A stretch of 37,715 nucleotides of DNA from Bacteroidota bacterium (lineage in GTDB: Bacteria > Bacteroidota > Bacteroidia > Chitinophagales > BACL12). The notes beneath the pieces are model-generated. The model did not search any database and was not told the DNA's origin. It saw nothing but the letters and a program-made list of their open reading frames with translations. The DNA is taken from positions 1 through 37,715 of the forward strand of contig JANNSM010000277.1 of assembly GCA_031402635.1 (NCBI GenBank), given 5' to 3'. The position numbers were made by a program, and so were the translations under genes. Shown piece by piece: positions 36,160 through 37,715 of this stretch (positions are counted from its first letter, which is position 1; every line of letters begins with the position of its first letter).

Positions 36160-37362
36160 TTAGCGAACCGTTTCGAGTTCGTTGATGGCCAGCCAGGCCA
36201 TCAGACCCTGGCCAGTGTCCAGGGCATTTTCGTCAATATCAAATGTTGAGGTATGGATCGGCGAAACGATGCCGCGGTCAATGTTGCCAGTTCCCAGTCG
36301 GTAAAAACAAGACTCCGCAACCTGGGAGTAACAGGCAAAATCTTCGGCTCCCAAACTGAGATCGAGGTCTACGACATGATCTTGGCCGAGATACTGTTCA
36401 GCCAGGTGGCGAGTCCGCAAAGTGAGGCCCGGATGATTGATAAGCGGTGGATATCCCACCTTGATGTCCACGTCAATCCGGCCATCGAACATTTCGGCGG
36501 TGCCCCTGGCAATCCTGCGAATTTCTTCGTGAGACCGAATCCTCAAATCCTCATCAAAAGACCGGAAAGTTCCCGCAATCTCAACAACGTCAGGGATAAT
36601 ATTGGTGGCACCATTGGCAATCACCCGTCCGATGGACAACACGGCAGGCTGATCTGGCCGGGCGAACCGGCTCACAACCCGTTGCAGGTTGATGATCAGT
36701 TTGGAGGCCATGAGCACCGAGTCTATAATCAGATGTGGATAGGCCGCATGACCGCCCTTTCCCCGGACCGTAAAATAGAGTTCATCGGCTGCGGCCATGT
36801 AGGGCCCTGACCGGAATCCAACTTTTCCTGAAGCCAGCGGAGGGTGTACGTGTTGTCCGAAAATACTGACCGGTGTCGGGTCCTTAAGGACCCCATCGGC
36901 AATCATCAACGAAGCTCCGCCGGGAAATTTTTCTTCGGCTGGTTGGAAAATCAGCTTGATCGTTCCCCTTAACTCACTGCGTAATTGTTGCAAAATGGCC
37001 GCTGTTCCAAGCAGGGATGCGGTATGAGCATCATGACCGCAGGCGTGCATAACTCCTTCATGACCAGAACGATAGGAAACGTCATTGGTCTCCTGAATGG
37101 GCAAAGCATCCATATCCGCGCGGAGGGCAATGGCAGCAGAGCCGGGCTTACTGCCTTCAATCATTCCGACTACCCCATAACCGCCAATGCCTTCTTTAAA
37201 GGGGATTCCCATTTCCCCAAGTCTTGTTGCCACAAAACGGGAAGTTTCCTTTTCCTGGTAAGAAAGTTCGGGGAACTGGTGGAGGTGTCTGCGGCAGGCA
37301 ATGGTCGTTTCAACCTGATCCGCAGACAAGGTGCGGATACGTTCAATCAGTTCTGTTCTCAT
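36160..37362 (-). CDS. M20-family amidohydrolase (N-acyl-L-amino acid amidohydrolase/hippuricase type)
   Basis: 400 aa. The metal-binding motif is MHACGHDAHT, with an FQPAEE motif and an M20D dimerisation insert. Confidence 0.9.
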   Translation of the reverse strand: MRTELIERIRTLSADQVETTIACRRHLHQFPELSYQEKETSRFVATRLGEMGIPFKEGIGGYGVVGMIEGSKPGSAAIALRADMDALPIQETNDVSYRSGHEGVMHACGHDAHTASLLGTAAILQQLRSELRGTIKLIFQPAEEKFPGGASLMIADGVLKDPTPVSIFGQHVHPPLASGKVGFRSGPYMAAADELYFTVRGKGGHAAYPHLIIDSVLMASKLIINLQRVVSRFARPDQPAVLSIGRVIANGATNIIPDVVEIAGTFRSFDEDLRIRSHEEIRRIARGTAEMFDGRIDVDIKVGYPPLINHPGLTLRTRHLAEQYLGQDHVVDLDLSLGAEDFACYSQVAESCFYRLGTGNIDRGIVSPIHTSTFDIDENALDTGQGLMAWLAINELETVR

Positions 37363-37368
37363 GTTCCG

Positions 37369-37715
37369 TTAAAGGTCTGAAACGGCAACCAGTTGCCTGA
37401 CCAGAAAAGCCCCCGGGTATTGAGGTAACATCCGTTGAAGGTCGTGGTGAGCATCAAATCGGTCTAAATAGTTTCCGATGACCACTTTAAAATCGGGCTC
37501 CTCCAGCACAACTTCGGCAGCAAGATCAGGGTAGCCCATTTGGAAAACCGCTTTTATATCGCGGGCCTTTGCCAAAACCGGACTGGCGAATATCTGAATG
37601 CGGTAACCGGCCAATACCCCTTCTTCCTTGTTGATTCTCTGGTGTTCGGCAACCATGCTTTCGATCTCCGGAGAAACGTGAATCCGTATTTCTCCGCTCT
37701 GGGAAAATCCCGGCG
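37369..37715 (-). CDS. SPOR-domain protein, C-terminal part (5' end beyond the window)
   Basis: The frame is open to the window edge. The C-terminus has a SPOR pattern (GYRIQIFASPVLAKARDIK ... FKVVIGNYLDRFDAHHDLQRM). Confidence 0.75.
   Translation of the reverse strand, partial: PGFSQSGEIRIHVSPEIESMVAEHQRINKEEGVLAGYRIQIFASPVLAKARDIKAVFQMGYPDLAAEVVLEEPDFKVVIGNYLDRFDAHHDLQRMLPQYPGAFLVRQLVAVSDL

Noticed and set aside
36253-36810. 185-aa plus-strand ORF.
   Set aside because: It is antisense to the M20 amidohydrolase gene.
1-37715. CRISPR arrays, tRNA/rRNA genes, IS elements, integrases, reverse transcriptases and canonical defence or toxin-antitoxin gene sets.
   Set aside because: I saw no regularly spaced 25-40-nt repeats, no tRNA T-loop-type sequences and no ORFs with transposase, integrase, RT, nuclease-helicase or similar signatures. 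tRNAscan, Rfam, ISfinder and defence-finder scans would be needed for a definitive negative.

Overview
This 37.7 kb window looks like ordinary chromosome from a Bacteroidota-type organism. The evidence is a T9SS type-B sorting domain, a CarboxypepD_reg-type TonB-dependent receptor, WG-repeat and DUF1573 proteins, and a TAnnTTTG-like -7 box. About 35 genes are readable. They include sucB, lysA, queD, holB plus a PSP1/RicT-family gene, hutU, feoAB, cysC-cysD-cysN, a fatty-acid desaturase, TerC, an SPFH protein, a rhodanese, an M20 amidohydrolase and an ArsA-like ATPase. By eye I found no rRNA, tRNA, CRISPR array, transposase, integrase, reverse transcriptase or canonical defence-gene set, so I cannot name a clear novel system with confidence. 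Six things deserve a second look: (1) a convergent collision in which the PSP1-family ORF runs into the antisense of a urocanase gene whose C-terminal ~70 codons are missing; (2) a repeat-encoded Arg/Gly/Asp and poly-Lys tail on that PSP1 protein; (3) a ~1070-aa secreted protein with WG repeats, a DUF1573-like module and two vWA domains, followed by an ArsA/HSP20-like ATPase; (4) a homologue of cyclic 2,3-diphosphoglycerate synthetase; (5) AT-rich patches, including a ~4 kb all-minus-strand accessory island at ~15.2-19.3 kb; (6) several operator-like repeats. All calls come from reading the sequence and ORF translations by hand. No searches were run.
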